A stretch of 64,000 bases of DNA from an uncultured Candidatus Peribacteria bacterium. Lineage in GTDB: Bacteria > Patescibacteriota > Gracilibacteria > Peribacterales > Peribacteraceae. The stretch lies in contig CAZUYK010000009.1 in assembly GCA_964624905.1 (NCBI GenBank), positions 258 through 64,257 on the forward strand, read 5' to 3'. The first letter of the stretch is position 1, and each line of letters begins with the position of its first letter. The position numbers and the translations under genes are program-made. Below the pieces are notes generated by a model, which ran no database searches, was not told where the DNA came from, and saw only the letters and a program-made list of their open reading frames with translations. Of this stretch, positions 63,971 to 64,000 are shown in pieces.

Positions 63971-64000
63971 AGGCTGCCATTGTAATGCGTGGTGCCTAAA

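Noticed and set aside
1-64000. Alternative genetic code with UGA recoding, as in some CPR lineages.
   Set aside because: Many well-supported genes, such as rpsF, the S41 peptidase neighbours and the GT genes, end at TGA at their expected lengths. No conserved domain is interrupted by an in-frame TGA.

Overview
The window is GC-rich, tightly packed bacterial chromosome in which nearly every base is coding. Many neighbouring genes overlap by 1 or 4 nt (TGATG, ATGA).

Gene content and layout fit a small-genome Patescibacteria/CPR-like organism, which is an inference from the points below and not a database result:
- rpsF and rpsR are adjacent, with no ssb or rplI between or after them.
- There is an orphan VirB2/TrbC-type pilin-like gene.
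- sufS-sufU is the only Fe-S assembly machinery seen.
- A very large part of the window is devoted to glycan synthesis.

First part, 1-28.4 kb, is housekeeping and envelope genes:
- Translation: S6, S18, L34, L28, PheT, a GGQ rescue-factor-like protein, tRNA-Ser(GGA) and tRNA-Thr(GGU).
- Envelope and proteolysis: class A PBP, FtsX, VanW, an S41 protease, M16 and M50 peptidases.
- Other: a YebC-family protein, RecO, RNase HI, Ndk, a PduO-type adenosyltransferase, SufS and SufU.
- A few AT-richer orphan genes are interspersed.

Second part, 28.5 kb to the window end, is one uninterrupted glycan-assembly locus of about 34 genes:
- 8 GT4 and 5 GT2 glycosyltransferases, plus 4 large GT-C-like membrane proteins.
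- GtrA, DUF2304 and a Wzx-type flippase.
- 2 paralogous CE4 deacetylases, a methyltransferase and a pyruvyl transferase.
- A CDP-hexose operon, a sugar dehydrogenase, an FAD oxidoreductase and several SDR epimerases.

Observations most worth follow-up:
1. A 139-bp tandem triplication at tRNA-Thr. Two near-identical copies carry the same 53-nt replacement inside the tRNA body.
2. Two unrelated proteins ending in metallothionein-like Cys/Gly tails. One is a DUF1858 plus A-type Fe-S carrier fusion.
3. Repeated pairing of polyprenyl-phosphate-sugar synthase GT2 genes with GT-C membrane proteins inside the glycan locus.
4. A CDP-linked 6-deoxyhexose pathway with no 3-deoxygenation genes.
5. A recurring -10-like hexamer 6-10 nt upstream of start codons that lack a Shine-Dalgarno sequence, suggesting leaderless or near-leaderless mRNAs.

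I saw no CRISPR array, integrase, transposase or recognisable defence system. All functional calls come from motif recognition by eye, and start codons are often uncertain.
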